Positions 30,201 through 39,960 of a DNA stretch of 64,000 nucleotides are shown in pieces. Every line of letters begins with the position of its first letter. The first letter of the stretch is position 1. The translations under genes and the position numbers were made by a program. Source of the DNA: an uncultured virus (IMG/VR IMGVR_UViG_3300042510_000354) (taxonomy: Duplodnaviria > Heunggongvirae > Uroviricota > Caudoviricetes); the IMG/VR virus record IMGVR_UViG_3300042510_000354, positions 1 through 64,000 of that record, one strand, 5' to 3'. The notes beneath the pieces were generated by a model. That model did no database searches. It was not told where the DNA came from and worked only from the letters and a program-made list of their open reading frames with translations.

Positions 30201-31048
30201 AGGCTGTATATTTCGGTGATGAACGTCATGGTACAACCTTAGACTGGCAGACTCATGAGTACTTACATAGAACTCGTGGAGCAGCTTATGCTACTGGTTT
30301 TGCTGCAGGTGATTATACAACTACAGGCTCAGGTGACTTAGACTCTCATGCACAGATTACAATTGAAGGCGGTACTTTCTTTGATGAAGATTTCCAAGTT
30401 GATATTGTATCTACTAACACACCAACACCAAATACATTCCAACAGGATCTAAGCTCTCCAGCTAGAATTCCAATGATGTATCGTTCTGGTAATGCTTGGG
30501 TAATGGATGAGCCTACAGACTTTCCTTTGAAACAAGGAACAAGTAGACCTCAGTACAATAACTATAATGGTTCCGCTTGGGTTACTACAGATGTTACAAA
30601 TACAGATTATACATGTACTTGGATCTTAGCAACTAATAACTTAAATTATCCTGTAATTGGTATTTTAAGTCAGTCTAATCTTAGCACATTAAATAATGCT
30701 CAAGCAGCTTTGTTTGAAAGCTTAGACTTATCTGGATTTCCCTCAGTTGAGTTTAGACCACTATATAAGCTTATTTTCCAAGGTGAAAATGGTTATGATA
30801 ACAGTGTTAATGCTAGATTAAGAGGAGTATATGATTTAAGAGCTATTGCAGCATCTGGTGGTTCAGTAACAACACCAGTAACTAATCACTCAAATCTTTC
30901 AGGTTTAACAAATGATGACCATCCACAGTATTTACATATTGATAATGTGAGACTGGTATCTCCAGCGGTTGCAAATAGTATTGTCTCTCAGGCTACTAAT
31001 TCAGTGACGATGGATGATATTTTGGCAATGGCAATTGCTTTAGGTTAA
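27221..31048 (+). CDS. Tail fibre protein with long Ala/Ser/Thr-rich coiled shaft
   Basis: SAYEIAV.NGY.GT N-terminus, AxxSAxxA repeats, YLG...DP..D..G motifs, NNLSDV...ARNNLGLG. Confidence 0.75.
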   Translation: MATQNYEVVVNPGSIELGVTTQNNILTVQTVDYILSLSRTGGQGAQGFSAYEIAVQNGYTGTAQQFADELSTLAQKVTAAAASATQAALSATAASTSANLASGSAQAAAQSVVNSTAQANAASQSATNAAISAAQASVSADLSEDSATDSQLAAADASASEDAAASSEANALLYRNAAQTSATTADAKAVIATTQATSATNSAANALTSANNAANSQTNASTSATQSAQSAIASAASAVASDYSADLADLSATNAEASKNAAALSQADALASKNASAISATTATTKADEASTSASTATTKASEASTSATSAATSASTATLQSSIASTKANEAAQSAANAAASQAAAQASLASFRSTYLGELNADPTLDGNGDPVMIGAEYFNTVQNKLKVYTSTGWQFYDETAQTASQNAALSASQAASSSATSQSYATTAITKATEAATSALSASQSATSALASKNAAATSETNSSASENYALNYKNAAATSADIASSKASDANISAQSASTSATNAATYLSSVVASANNAGQSATAASVSEINAATSAANALTSANNADISEALALDWASKTGGTVDGTNYSAKHYALQTTTNASAAATSASQASTSATNAASSATQAATSLANIGLSETNAANSAADALGSKNAAALSATNALTSANNADASKVAAANSASSAGTSASNALTSEQNALASKNAAATSEANADISEANALTSANSASTSAASALSSKNASATSATNAATSETNAATSAGNALASEVTSLSYKNETIYNATNAATSAASALTSKNAAVNAQLGAEAARDAALSAYDSFDDRYLGAKLEDPSTDNDGGQLLAGMLYFQTNVGMRVYTGSFWTSAYVSGGGFMLPANNLSDVVSVPNARNNLGLGTAALSDNEDFATAAQGAKFEDVLTATGEPNGHTDVSQSVIAFDNASRTFTISPTNTSFEIWCKGNKHVFLTTQTVTIPNTTGLHYIYFSSTGVLSTKTTFFTFGIDTFTAYIYWNATTQKAVYFGDERHGTTLDWQTHEYLHRTRGAAYATGFAAGDYTTTGSGDLDSHAQITIEGGTFFDEDFQVDIVSTNTPTPNTFQQDLSSPARIPMMYRSGNAWVMDEPTDFPLKQGTSRPQYNNYNGSAWVTTDVTNTDYTCTWILATNNLNYPVIGILSQSNLSTLNNAQAALFESLDLSGFPSVEFRPLYKLIFQGENGYDNSVNARLRGVYDLRAIAASGGSVTTPVTNHSNLSGLTNDDHPQYLHIDNVRLVSPAVANSIVSQATNSVTMDDILAMAIALG

Positions 31049-31058
31049 GGAGAAAACA

Positions 31059-31385
31059 ATGGCAAACAATTTTATTAATGCTGTTGCATCTAATATTGGA
31101 ACTACTGAGGTTGTAATTTATACAGCTCCTACTAATACCAAAGCAATTCTTATTGGATGTAATTTAGCAAACAAAACAGGTAGTTTTCTTCCTGTTAGTC
31201 TTATCTTACGTAAGTCTACTGGCGATGCATATATCGTAAAAGATAAACGTGTAGGTAACGGAGATAACGAAGAAGTAATGAAGGGTAATAAAATTATACT
31301 ATTACCTGGCGATCAATTAGTATCTATCAGTGTTGATAACAATGCTTTTGACGCTATTGCTTCAATTCTAGCAGGAGTAGCATAA
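31059..31385 (+). CDS. Small virion structural protein
   Basis: AGGAG RBS; YTAP...IG.NLAN...K.IL..GD pattern. Confidence 0.55.
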   Translation: MANNFINAVASNIGTTEVVIYTAPTNTKAILIGCNLANKTGSFLPVSLILRKSTGDAYIVKDKRVGNGDNEEVMKGNKIILLPGDQLVSISVDNNAFDAIASILAGVA

Positions 31386-31615
31386 TGGCTGGCTTTTATG
31401 AGGGTACAGATTTAGCTGACAAGACTTTTTATGGGTTTAGATTTAATCCAGACACTGGTAACTTAGATATTGAGATCATCAACGATGGCTCTCCAGTAGT
31501 ATTACCAGATGAAGGTATTATCGATAAATTCGACTATAGCCAATGGGTATGGTCCCGTGATACGTTAAAGTTTCAGTGGGGTAACAATGGACATTTACAG
31601 GTGAAATTCTTATGA
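31385..31615 (+). CDS. Hypothetical structural protein
   Basis: Translationally coupled ORF within the fibre cluster. Confidence 0.5.
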   Translation: MAGFYEGTDLADKTFYGFRFNPDTGNLDIEIINDGSPVVLPDEGIIDKFDYSQWVWSRDTLKFQWGNNGHLQVKFL

Positions 31616-34600
31616 CACAATTAATTGATTTAGGGAAACTACGGTTTCATTTCGCAGGTGACTGGTTATCATCCACCACTTACGAAACAAATGATATCGT
31701 CAAATATGGCGGTAACGTATATGTATATACAAACCCAGTAAAAACTATGGGTAATTTACCAACGGACACCCAATACTGGGTTCTGATGGTAGAAGGTTTT
31801 AAATTCAAAGGTAACTTTGTTATTAGTACACAATATCGGGTAGGTGATGGTATTGCTTATGGTGGTAAGGTTTATATTGCTGTTAAAGATAGCCAATCTC
31901 AAGTACCTCCTAATGCAACATACTGGTCTCAATTCGCTGATGGTATTCAGTGGGAAGGACCTTATAGCGGCACTAACACATATCAAAAGAATGATGTTGT
32001 AACCTACGGTGGTCAAGCATATATTGCAATTCAGGATAGTGTAAATAATCTACCAAGTAATACTTCCTACTGGCAAAAGTTTGTTAGCGGAGTAAGCCCA
32101 GAAGGTGTTTATAATAATTCTGTTGCCTACGTCCCAGGTGCAATTGTTGCCTATGGTGCTAATTTATACAGATGTAAAACAGAGACTACAGGTAATATTC
32201 CAACATCTACAATACATTGGGATTTATTTACACGAGGTAATGATTTCCAAGGTAATTGGACTGCAGTAAACAACTATATTGTTGGGCAAACTGTAAGATT
32301 TGGTGGTAATATCTATCAAGCAGTTGCTAATAATACTAATTCTGAACCAAGTAGTCAAGTTCAAAACTGGGTACTATATTACAGTGGTATTAATGTAAGA
32401 GGTGCATGGACAGCTACTACATACTATGGTGTAAATGATATTGTATCTTATGGTGGTAATACATTTATTTGTGCAGTTAGTCATACATCTTCAAGTAATT
32501 TTAATACAGAGTTAAATTCATTACCAACTCCAAAGTGGACTAAATACAATTCTGGTATTCGTTACATGGGTGCATGGACCACTGGTACTACATATTTAAA
32601 AGATGACATTGTATCTAATTCAGTAAGTACTTACATTTGTTTAACTGATCACACTGCTACTCCTGATTTCTTCCAAGATTTAGCAGCAAATAAATGGACT
32701 ACATTCGTTGTTGGTGCAGCATATGTATTGCCATCCACAACTAATAAAAATGGTAGATATCTGCAAACTCCAGATGGTCAAAACTATAGTTGGGAATTTG
32801 CTAATGCTAATGATAATGTTTATTATGTAGCTGAAGACTCTATATCTAGTGCTGATGATATCAACCATGGTGCAAGTGTAGACTATGCTTTTGCTAGTTT
32901 AAAATATGCATGTCAATATATTGCTGCAGATATGGCTACACGTAGTCCTGCTACAATCTTTGTTAAGGATGGCACATATAACGAACAGCTTCCAATTATT
33001 GTTCCTGAGAATGTTACTATTGTAGGTGATGGTCAACGTAATACTATTATTCAACCTAAGGCAGGTTTAAGTGATGATGGTTTAACACCCAACAACCAAA
33101 CTACAATGTTTTTCCTTTCTAGCGGAGTAATGATTGAAGGCTTATTAATGAAAGGTTTGACTGGCTTCGTTAAAAGTACAGTTAATCCAGAAGATCTAAA
33201 TACTGCTGTAGTTAAGGGTGTTTATTGCAGACTTAATCCCGCTTCAATGATTACTAAGTCACCTTATGTTAAAGAGTCTAGTGCATTCTCTACTGGTGGT
33301 GTAGGTGCCATTGTTGATGGCAGTGTTGGACCTGTTGGATCTGGTGGATCAATGGTATTCCATACCTTTACACAGGTACATGACGGTGGTGTAGGTTTCT
33401 GGGTTAAAGAAAGAGGACTTTCTGAAATTGTAAGTTGCTTTACTTACTACTGTGATTTTGGTTTAGCCGCTACTGGGGGTGGTAAAATCCGTGCATTAAA
33501 CTGTAATAATAGTTATGGTACTTATGGTTCTATGGCTAGTGGTTTTGATGCAAATGAAAATGTATTAACAGGTACTATGTATGGTGATACATTAATGTAT
33601 GATCCAAGCACTTTATCTAGCTCACCAGGCTTTATGGTTGGCCAATCATTAACACAAACTGATCCAGTCAATTTAACAGTAAATGCTATGACTATTGCAG
33701 CACAGGCTGTAATAACTACTTCTACTAATCATGGATTGTATAATGGACAACCAATTAGCTTTACTGGGGTAAATGAGACAATCTGGCAACCTATTCTTGG
33801 TGATCAAGCACAAGGTGTTAGAAAAACATGGTATGCTGATGTATTAACTCCTAATACATTTAAGCTATGCTCTAACTTTGATTTAACGAATTATTTTGAT
33901 AATCGTTCTATTGGTGGTTGGGGTATCGCTAATCTAACAATTACTGATGCATTACGTAGTAATCCAGTTATTTTACGAATTAACTCACACGGATTTACTA
34001 ATGGTGAAAGAATTTCTGACATTACAGGTATTCTAGGACAAACACAATTAAATGGCAATAGCTATTATGTAACAGTATTAGATGCTGATCGTGTAAGCCT
34101 ATATACAGATGCTGGTAGAACTATTTCTGTTGATGGTACAACAATGGGTAACTATATTTCTGGTGGTACTGCTACTAGAACACTAGTAGGAACTACATTA
34201 ACTGGTGCATCTGTAACAATTGCTAAACCTAGAGCTACTATTACTAATATCCAAACTAACCTTGGTACAGCGTATCATAGACTAGTTGTTAGTGATATTA
34301 AACTAGGGAATACAGGTCATACTTATAAGGTAAATACTAAGACAGTCAATGCTGCTAAAGGATTTTATCTTAATGGTACTAAAGCACTAAGTTTTACAGC
34401 GTATACTACTAGACAGTATGTATTTGAACAAAATGATACAACTAACGTAGGTGAAGCTCTTTACTTTACTACAAGTCCAGGTGGGACTACCCCATATGCG
34501 ACAGGTGTAACTTATTGGTTAAACGATACTCAGGTTGCTGATAGAGCTGCTTATATTGCTGGTTTTGCCGCTGCAACTGGAAGAGAAATTAGAATACAAG

Positions 34601-35652
34601 TAGATGCTACTTTAGCAGGAACAACACTATATTATAAGTCTAGTGGTACTGCTATAGGTGGATCATTAACTATTGTAGCACATAATAATACCTCCTATGA
34701 TAGGTTTACTGGTGAAACAATTTATCCTTTCCTAGACGGATCTACAATTATTGCTAATGGTACTATTACTGCTACTTTAGTTGGTACAAATGCACATATG
34801 GGTCAATATGGTTTTGCCTTAGTATTAGGCGGCTTAAATGCAAGCCCTATTGCTGGTGGATCTATTGAATTCGTAGAAGGTCCAACTTATTCTCCAGCTG
34901 ATAATACAGATATTACAGAGCCATTAAATACTGGTGCTGACTCAAGAAGCTATATCATTACTTCAGTTAGTGGATGGGATGCAGTAAATGGTACTGCCAC
35001 TATTACATTAAGCCAAGAAAAACTAGATACAGCCGATGCTTACTATGGTCAGCATTTCAATATCCGTTATAACTACTCTCAAGTGCGTTTAACTGGACAT
35101 GACTTCTTAAGTATTGGTACTGGTGGAAGAGCTACAACTAATTACCCAGGAGTACCTACTCAGGCTGCTTCCCAAGGTAATGAAGTAGTTGAGAACCTAC
35201 CTGGCCGTGTATATTTCGTATCTACTGATCAAGATGGTAATTTTAGAATTGGTAACTACTTCCGAGTAGACCAAGCTACAGGTCGTGCTACTTTAGATGC
35301 ATCTGCATTCGATTTAAGTGGTCTTACAAGTCTACGATTAGGTTCTATTGGTGCACAGATTGGTGAATCTATTAATGAATTTAGTAGTGATCCCTCACTA
35401 AGTGGAGCAAGTAATATTGCTGTACCTACAGAGTATGCTGTTAAAACATATGTAGATAATAGAATTGATTCTATTTCTCAAGATCAATTAGTATTGACTA
35501 ATCTAGTTAGTTCTAATAAAACATTAGCAACTGGTAGATTAACATTCAGTATGGATGTTTTAACTCTTTCTGGAGCAAATACAGTTTACACTATTGCACC
35601 AAACGCATATCATTTCGTGTTGAATCCAAATGGATTTGCACTCTTTAATTAA
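31612..35652 (+). CDS. Multidomain virion protein (carbohydrate-binding-like W/Y repeats and a pectin-lyase-like beta-helix)
   Basis: About 7 G.W...Y..NDIV.YGG..Y repeats; TIFVKDGTYNEQLPI.VP.NVTIVGDG motif; C-terminal GRVYFVSTDQDGNFRIG. Confidence 0.65.
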   Translation: MTQLIDLGKLRFHFAGDWLSSTTYETNDIVKYGGNVYVYTNPVKTMGNLPTDTQYWVLMVEGFKFKGNFVISTQYRVGDGIAYGGKVYIAVKDSQSQVPPNATYWSQFADGIQWEGPYSGTNTYQKNDVVTYGGQAYIAIQDSVNNLPSNTSYWQKFVSGVSPEGVYNNSVAYVPGAIVAYGANLYRCKTETTGNIPTSTIHWDLFTRGNDFQGNWTAVNNYIVGQTVRFGGNIYQAVANNTNSEPSSQVQNWVLYYSGINVRGAWTATTYYGVNDIVSYGGNTFICAVSHTSSSNFNTELNSLPTPKWTKYNSGIRYMGAWTTGTTYLKDDIVSNSVSTYICLTDHTATPDFFQDLAANKWTTFVVGAAYVLPSTTNKNGRYLQTPDGQNYSWEFANANDNVYYVAEDSISSADDINHGASVDYAFASLKYACQYIAADMATRSPATIFVKDGTYNEQLPIIVPENVTIVGDGQRNTIIQPKAGLSDDGLTPNNQTTMFFLSSGVMIEGLLMKGLTGFVKSTVNPEDLNTAVVKGVYCRLNPASMITKSPYVKESSAFSTGGVGAIVDGSVGPVGSGGSMVFHTFTQVHDGGVGFWVKERGLSEIVSCFTYYCDFGLAATGGGKIRALNCNNSYGTYGSMASGFDANENVLTGTMYGDTLMYDPSTLSSSPGFMVGQSLTQTDPVNLTVNAMTIAAQAVITTSTNHGLYNGQPISFTGVNETIWQPILGDQAQGVRKTWYADVLTPNTFKLCSNFDLTNYFDNRSIGGWGIANLTITDALRSNPVILRINSHGFTNGERISDITGILGQTQLNGNSYYVTVLDADRVSLYTDAGRTISVDGTTMGNYISGGTATRTLVGTTLTGASVTIAKPRATITNIQTNLGTAYHRLVVSDIKLGNTGHTYKVNTKTVNAAKGFYLNGTKALSFTAYTTRQYVFEQNDTTNVGEALYFTTSPGGTTPYATGVTYWLNDTQVADRAAYIAGFAAATGREIRIQVDATLAGTTLYYKSSGTAIGGSLTIVAHNNTSYDRFTGETIYPFLDGSTIIANGTITATLVGTNAHMGQYGFALVLGGLNASPIAGGSIEFVEGPTYSPADNTDITEPLNTGADSRSYIITSVSGWDAVNGTATITLSQEKLDTADAYYGQHFNIRYNYSQVRLTGHDFLSIGTGGRATTNYPGVPTQAASQGNEVVENLPGRVYFVSTDQDGNFRIGNYFRVDQATGRATLDASAFDLSGLTSLRLGSIGAQIGESINEFSSDPSLSGASNIAVPTEYAVKTYVDNRIDSISQDQLVLTNLVSSNKTLATGRLTFSMDVLTLSGANTVYTIAPNAYHFVLNPNGFALFN

Positions 35653-35664
35653 GGAAAATAAATT

Positions 35665-36399
35665 ATGTCTAAACTCGTTGTAGACCAAATTCAAAAATCA
35701 GGTGGACCAGCCTTAACTCTACCAACTCTCGATGGTACAAGTGGTCAATCTCTAGTAACAAATGGTAGTGGCGTACTAAGTTTTGCTGGTAGTTCAGTAA
35801 CACCCACTTCAATTGGCGTTAACCAGCAAAACAAAGTTGTATGGTCTTATGACCGTGATGGCGCTGCTGCTTCTGTAAAAATTATGTGGTCCGAGTTAGG
35901 TATTACAGATCTTACTAAAGTAGAAATGGTTAAAATTAATTATAATAACCTTGGTAGCAGTTCTGGCGGTTATCAGTTGTATATGTATGGACAGAACTCA
36001 TCTGCAGCAGATATTACTTCTGGTTATATGGGTTGCTCATGGTTCTATCAATATGCTGGTGGTAACTATTCTGGTTCTACTGCCCATAACAGTAATTCTG
36101 GTTACATTTATGTACCATGCTGGACTAATGTGTATGCAAGCTTTGATGATAGTTATGGTTTTACCATGACAGGTGAAACACAAATGACACCTAAGAAAAA
36201 TAGTACATATGGTATGAATATTAGAAACCAGATTTCTTGGCAATATTCTTCAAATACTTATCCAGCATCAGAAATGAGTTCATGGGATAACTATAGTACA
36301 AGTACTCCTACTGCTGACTGGCATGGTATTCGTTTCTACTTAAGTTCTGGTAATTTCCGTACAGGTAGTATTGTTGTTTCTGTTACTTATCGTACTTAA
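35665..36399 (+). CDS. Short tail fibre / receptor-binding protein
   Basis: LTLP..DGTSGQ.L.TNGSG.LSF fibre motif. Confidence 0.6.
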   Translation: MSKLVVDQIQKSGGPALTLPTLDGTSGQSLVTNGSGVLSFAGSSVTPTSIGVNQQNKVVWSYDRDGAAASVKIMWSELGITDLTKVEMVKINYNNLGSSSGGYQLYMYGQNSSAADITSGYMGCSWFYQYAGGNYSGSTAHNSNSGYIYVPCWTNVYASFDDSYGFTMTGETQMTPKKNSTYGMNIRNQISWQYSSNTYPASEMSSWDNYSTSTPTADWHGIRFYLSSGNFRTGSIVVSVTYRT

Positions 36400-36413
36400 T
36401 TTAGGAGTAAATT

Positions 36414-36701
36414 ATGAATAAAATTGAAAATGGTGAAATTATTGAAATGACACTCTTAGAGCGTCAGCAATTAGAACAATTACAAGCAACACTTCAAGAA
36501 GCAGCAAAAGTTAGAGAGTTTAACAATGTTAGACAAACTCGTAATTTGCTACTTTCACAATGTGATTGGACTCAGGCTAGTGATGTACAACTTTCTGCTG
36601 CTAAAAAGCAAGAGTGGGCAACATATCGTCAAGCTTTGCGTGACATTATGGAAACTGTTACTGATCCTTTTAATCCTGCTTTCCCAACTAAACCTGAATA
36701 A
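36414..36701 (+). CDS. Tail fibre assembly chaperone
   Basis: R..RN.LL..CDWTQ..D...W..YRQALRD...FP.KP. Confidence 0.8.
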   Translation: MNKIENGEIIEMTLLERQQLEQLQATLQEAAKVREFNNVRQTRNLLLSQCDWTQASDVQLSAAKKQEWATYRQALRDIMETVTDPFNPAFPTKPE

Positions 36702-36712
36702 GGAGAGTTGTT

Positions 36713-37750
36713 ATGGCAACAAGATTAGAAGTTGAAGAACTTGTAGCTGGTACAGTTACACAAACAAAAGCAGGTGGTAGTTCTGCAGTAGATTTGACTG
36801 GTGGAGCTTATATTACTTATGCTGGTGTGAACTATCCAATTAATCAAAGTTTCTTTGCAGATCAAACTAGTTACATAGCACCAACATTAGTTTCTGGTCA
36901 ACAACAATATACTTCTCCTGGAACATATTCATGGGTTGCCCCTGCGGGGGTCAATTCCGTGTCTGTAGTGTGTGTAGGAGGTGGTGGACCAGGGATTGAT
37001 GGTTGGGCAAATCCAGCTGGTTGTGGAGGTGGTTTAGGCTGGCGAAATAATATTAAAGTAACTCCAGGAAACACATACGCTGTTCAAGTTGGTGCAGGTG
37101 GCAGAAGTGATACCTCAACCCCACAAACAGGGTCATCGACTAACTATACAGGTGGAACTAGCTTTTTTAAAGATATTAATACAGTGGCAGGGTATGGCGG
37201 TGGTAATGCCAACGGTTATTCAACTAGTGGCCCTAATTCCAATCAAACATATGGCGGTGGTTATGTAGGTCAGGGAGGTGGTGCTGGTGGATACACTGGT
37301 AGTTGGCATTGCGGAGGCGGTGCGGGAGGATACATGGGTAGAGGTGGCAATAACCATGAAACATGGAATTCCTCAGTAATTAATGGTGGGTATGGTGGAG
37401 CCTCCTATAGCTCTACATATGGCGCTGGCGCTGGCGGTGGTGTAGGTTTAAATGGCACTACTGGATATCCTTCTCCTGGAAATGCTTTCTATAATCCATG
37501 GAACGGCTACAATAATAGCAATGGTAATGGAAGTGGGGGTACTGGTGCTCATGGCGGTGCCAATGGTTACTATGGGGAAAATCCATTCTCGGGCAATGGC
37601 CAAAGCTCTAGCAATATTCAAGGTGGTGCCTATGGTGGAGGCGGAGGTGGTCCAGGTAGTTCATGGCCTTCCGCATCTGGAGACGGTGGTACTGGAGGTG
37701 TGCGAATTATCTGGGGTCCAAACAGGTCATACCCAAGCAACGCAACATAA
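36713..37750 (+). CDS. Glycine-rich tail fibre tip protein
   Basis: PGTYSW.AP.GV..V.VVCVGGGG...GG.GGVRIIWG glycine-rich domain. Confidence 0.7.
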   Translation: MATRLEVEELVAGTVTQTKAGGSSAVDLTGGAYITYAGVNYPINQSFFADQTSYIAPTLVSGQQQYTSPGTYSWVAPAGVNSVSVVCVGGGGPGIDGWANPAGCGGGLGWRNNIKVTPGNTYAVQVGAGGRSDTSTPQTGSSTNYTGGTSFFKDINTVAGYGGGNANGYSTSGPNSNQTYGGGYVGQGGGAGGYTGSWHCGGGAGGYMGRGGNNHETWNSSVINGGYGGASYSSTYGAGAGGGVGLNGTTGYPSPGNAFYNPWNGYNNSNGNGSGGTGAHGGANGYYGENPFSGNGQSSSNIQGGAYGGGGGGPGSSWPSASGDGGTGGVRIIWGPNRSYPSNAT

Positions 37751-37758
37751 GGAATATT

Positions 37759-38205
37759 ATGGAATATATTGAAGTAGGACAAAATGAAAGACCAATTGGT
37801 GCTCCTGTAATAGAAGAGAATCTTAAATATGTATTTCCTGGAATTGAAATTACTCCAGAGACAATGGCATTACATGGATACAGACCTATACTAGAAAATA
37901 AACCAGAGGTTACAGCAAAACAGTATTTGCAAAGACTTCATTTTTCTAAACAAGGTGAAAATTTTGTATGGAATTGGGAAGTAATAACACATGATCAAGA
38001 TCATTTAACTAACTTTTGTATTCGTCATAGACGTGATTCAGAGTTAAGGGATTGTGATTGGACTCAAACTTTAGATGCACCTATTAGTGCAGAAAAGAAA
38101 GCTGAATGGGCGGCTTATAGAACTGCTCTCCGTAATTTAACAAACCTATATCCAGATGTAGATCCTACAACTGAAATAGAATGGCCAGTGAGACCTAGTA
38201 AATGA
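37759..38205 (+). CDS. Tail fibre assembly chaperone (second copy)
   Basis: R.RRD.EL..CDWTQ..D...W..YR.ALR.L...WP.RP; AAGGA RBS before ATG 37759. Confidence 0.8.
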   Translation: MEYIEVGQNERPIGAPVIEENLKYVFPGIEITPETMALHGYRPILENKPEVTAKQYLQRLHFSKQGENFVWNWEVITHDQDHLTNFCIRHRRDSELRDCDWTQTLDAPISAEKKAEWAAYRTALRNLTNLYPDVDPTTEIEWPVRPSK

Positions 38206-38858
38206 GTGAATTTTTAAGACCAATAATGGCTACACCACTTTTGATTGGTAAGTCGGACTTAATATCTATCAGGGAAGAGCTTAATGCTCTTTCCTATAGT
38301 TTAAGAGATAATCTAAAAGAAGGAAGTTTAGTTTCTGAAGAATGGGACAAAGGTACAAAATCATCAAATATAGAAGATTTTTATAGAAGTGGAGTTACTT
38401 CTTTTAACTCTACTGAAAACTTATTCTATAAACCAGAATGGAAAACAGTATCTGACTTTATTTTTGATTTTTCTAAAACTATGATAAATACAGTAAATCC
38501 TAATAATAAGAAAATGTGTGTTACTGATATGTGGACAACAATTTATCCACCAGGTGCTTTTGTACCTGAGCATGTTCATTCTAACTCATATCTTAGCGGA
38601 GTGTTCTATTCTAAGGCATTAAAGGATTGTGGAGATATTGTTTTTCATGATCCCTCATGGGTGGCTAAGACAATGTTTATGCACACTGATATGCCTACAT
38701 TCCCTAATGTAGAAACTAAACATCCTATTACTCCAGAAGAAGGACTAATGGTTATTTTTCCTTCTTGGCTACCGCATAGATCACTACCAAATAATTCTAA
38801 AGATGATAGGATCATAGTAAGTTTTAATATAGGATTTTTAGATGAGACCAGTGTATAA
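38202..38858 (+). CDS. 2OG-Fe(II) oxygenase (TIGR02466-like)
   Basis: HxH..S.LSGVFY, FPSWL.H and RI.VSFN motifs. Confidence 0.8.
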   Translation: MSEFLRPIMATPLLIGKSDLISIREELNALSYSLRDNLKEGSLVSEEWDKGTKSSNIEDFYRSGVTSFNSTENLFYKPEWKTVSDFIFDFSKTMINTVNPNNKKMCVTDMWTTIYPPGAFVPEHVHSNSYLSGVFYSKALKDCGDIVFHDPSWVAKTMFMHTDMPTFPNVETKHPITPEEGLMVIFPSWLPHRSLPNNSKDDRIIVSFNIGFLDETSV

Positions 38859-39375
38859 ATATTACAATAGTGTATTATCAAAAGAAGAGTGTGAGATTCT
38901 TATAAAATATTCAGAAGACAAATTTAAAATAGCAACAACCTCTGAATCAAAACAAAATTTGTTAAAGAGAAAAGGAAAAGTAGCTTGGCTTACACCTGAA
39001 TCTGGCGAAGAAGTTAACAGATTAGCAAAGAAAATAGTAGATCTTATGTTCTATGAAAGTGGAGCAACTCATCTACAGGAATTAAGTGAAATTGAGCATA
39101 TTCAAATAGCAAAATATAATTTTTTAGATCATTATAATAAACATATGGATATTGGTTCAGATGGACCTTATAGAATTCTTTCGGGTGTGGTTGAATTATC
39201 AGACCCTAAAGATTATATAGGTGGAGGTCTAGATATTTTCTTATTAGATAAAAAATATAAGGTGCCCCTTAAACAAGGTAGTGCTGTATTTTTTCCATCT
39301 ATATTACCACATCAAGCTAGACCTGTATTTTATGGATCACGCTATTCAATGACTCTTTGGGGTCGTAAAAAATAA
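38842..39375 (+). CDS. 2OG-Fe(II) oxygenase (prolyl-4-hydroxylase/PKHD-like)
   Basis: HMD...Y.GG.L...G..VFFPS..PH...PV..G.RYS. Confidence 0.85.
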   Translation: MRPVYKYYNSVLSKEECEILIKYSEDKFKIATTSESKQNLLKRKGKVAWLTPESGEEVNRLAKKIVDLMFYESGATHLQELSEIEHIQIAKYNFLDHYNKHMDIGSDGPYRILSGVVELSDPKDYIGGGLDIFLLDKKYKVPLKQGSAVFFPSILPHQARPVFYGSRYSMTLWGRKK

Positions 39376-39382
39376 GTAAAAT

Positions 39383-39409
39383 AAACGGGGAACTTCGGTT
39401 CCCTGTTTT
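39383..39409 (+). terminator. Rho-independent terminator
   Basis: ACGGGGAAC-TTCG-GTTCCCTGT followed by TTT; cUUCGg tetraloop. Confidence 0.75.
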
Positions 39410-39423
39410 ATTAAGGAGTTTAG

Positions 39424-39960
39424 ATGGCATTAAGAGAATTAATTAAAGATGCACATGATAGTGCAGAGAATCATCCTTTTGTAAGGAAACTGTTTGCAGG
39501 ACAAATTACAAAAGAGGAGTATGGTGACTTTTTGTTTAATCAAAAACATTGCTATGCTGCATTAGAGCAAACTGCTGAGGCATTAGGTTTATTAGATGAT
39601 ATTGGACCCATTAAACGTACAGCAAAGATTGCACAAGATCTAAGAGATCTAAATAGAGACAAGTCAAGACAACATTTGCATATTAGTACAATGAATTATT
39701 GTGAATACGTTAAGACATGCTCAAAAGAACAACTACTTGCCCACATTTATGTACGCCATTTTGGTGATATGTATGGTGGTCAAATGCTAAAGAAGCTAGT
39801 TCCAGGTTCTGCATCTATGTATGAGTTTTATAACCGAGCAGAGCTTATTGCTACTGTAAGAGAAAAGCTTACAGACGATTTAGCTGATGAAGCCAAAATA
39901 GTCTTTGCCTTTGCAACACAACTATTTGATGAGTTAGCTGATGAGTATAATATTCAGTAA
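39424..39960 (+). CDS. ho1: Heme oxygenase (Ho1/HemO-like)
   Basis: Proximal His in AHDSAE, Y.ALE, and AHIYVRHFGDMYGGQML signature; AAGGAG RBS. Confidence 0.9.
   Translation: MALRELIKDAHDSAENHPFVRKLFAGQITKEEYGDFLFNQKHCYAALEQTAEALGLLDDIGPIKRTAKIAQDLRDLNRDKSRQHLHISTMNYCEYVKTCSKEQLLAHIYVRHFGDMYGGQMLKKLVPGSASMYEFYNRAELIATVREKLTDDLADEAKIVFAFATQLFDELADEYNIQ

Noticed and set aside
35665..38205. Possible diversity-generating retroelement acting on the fibre tips
   Set aside because: No reverse transcriptase and no TR/VR pair with adenine-specific differences was seen
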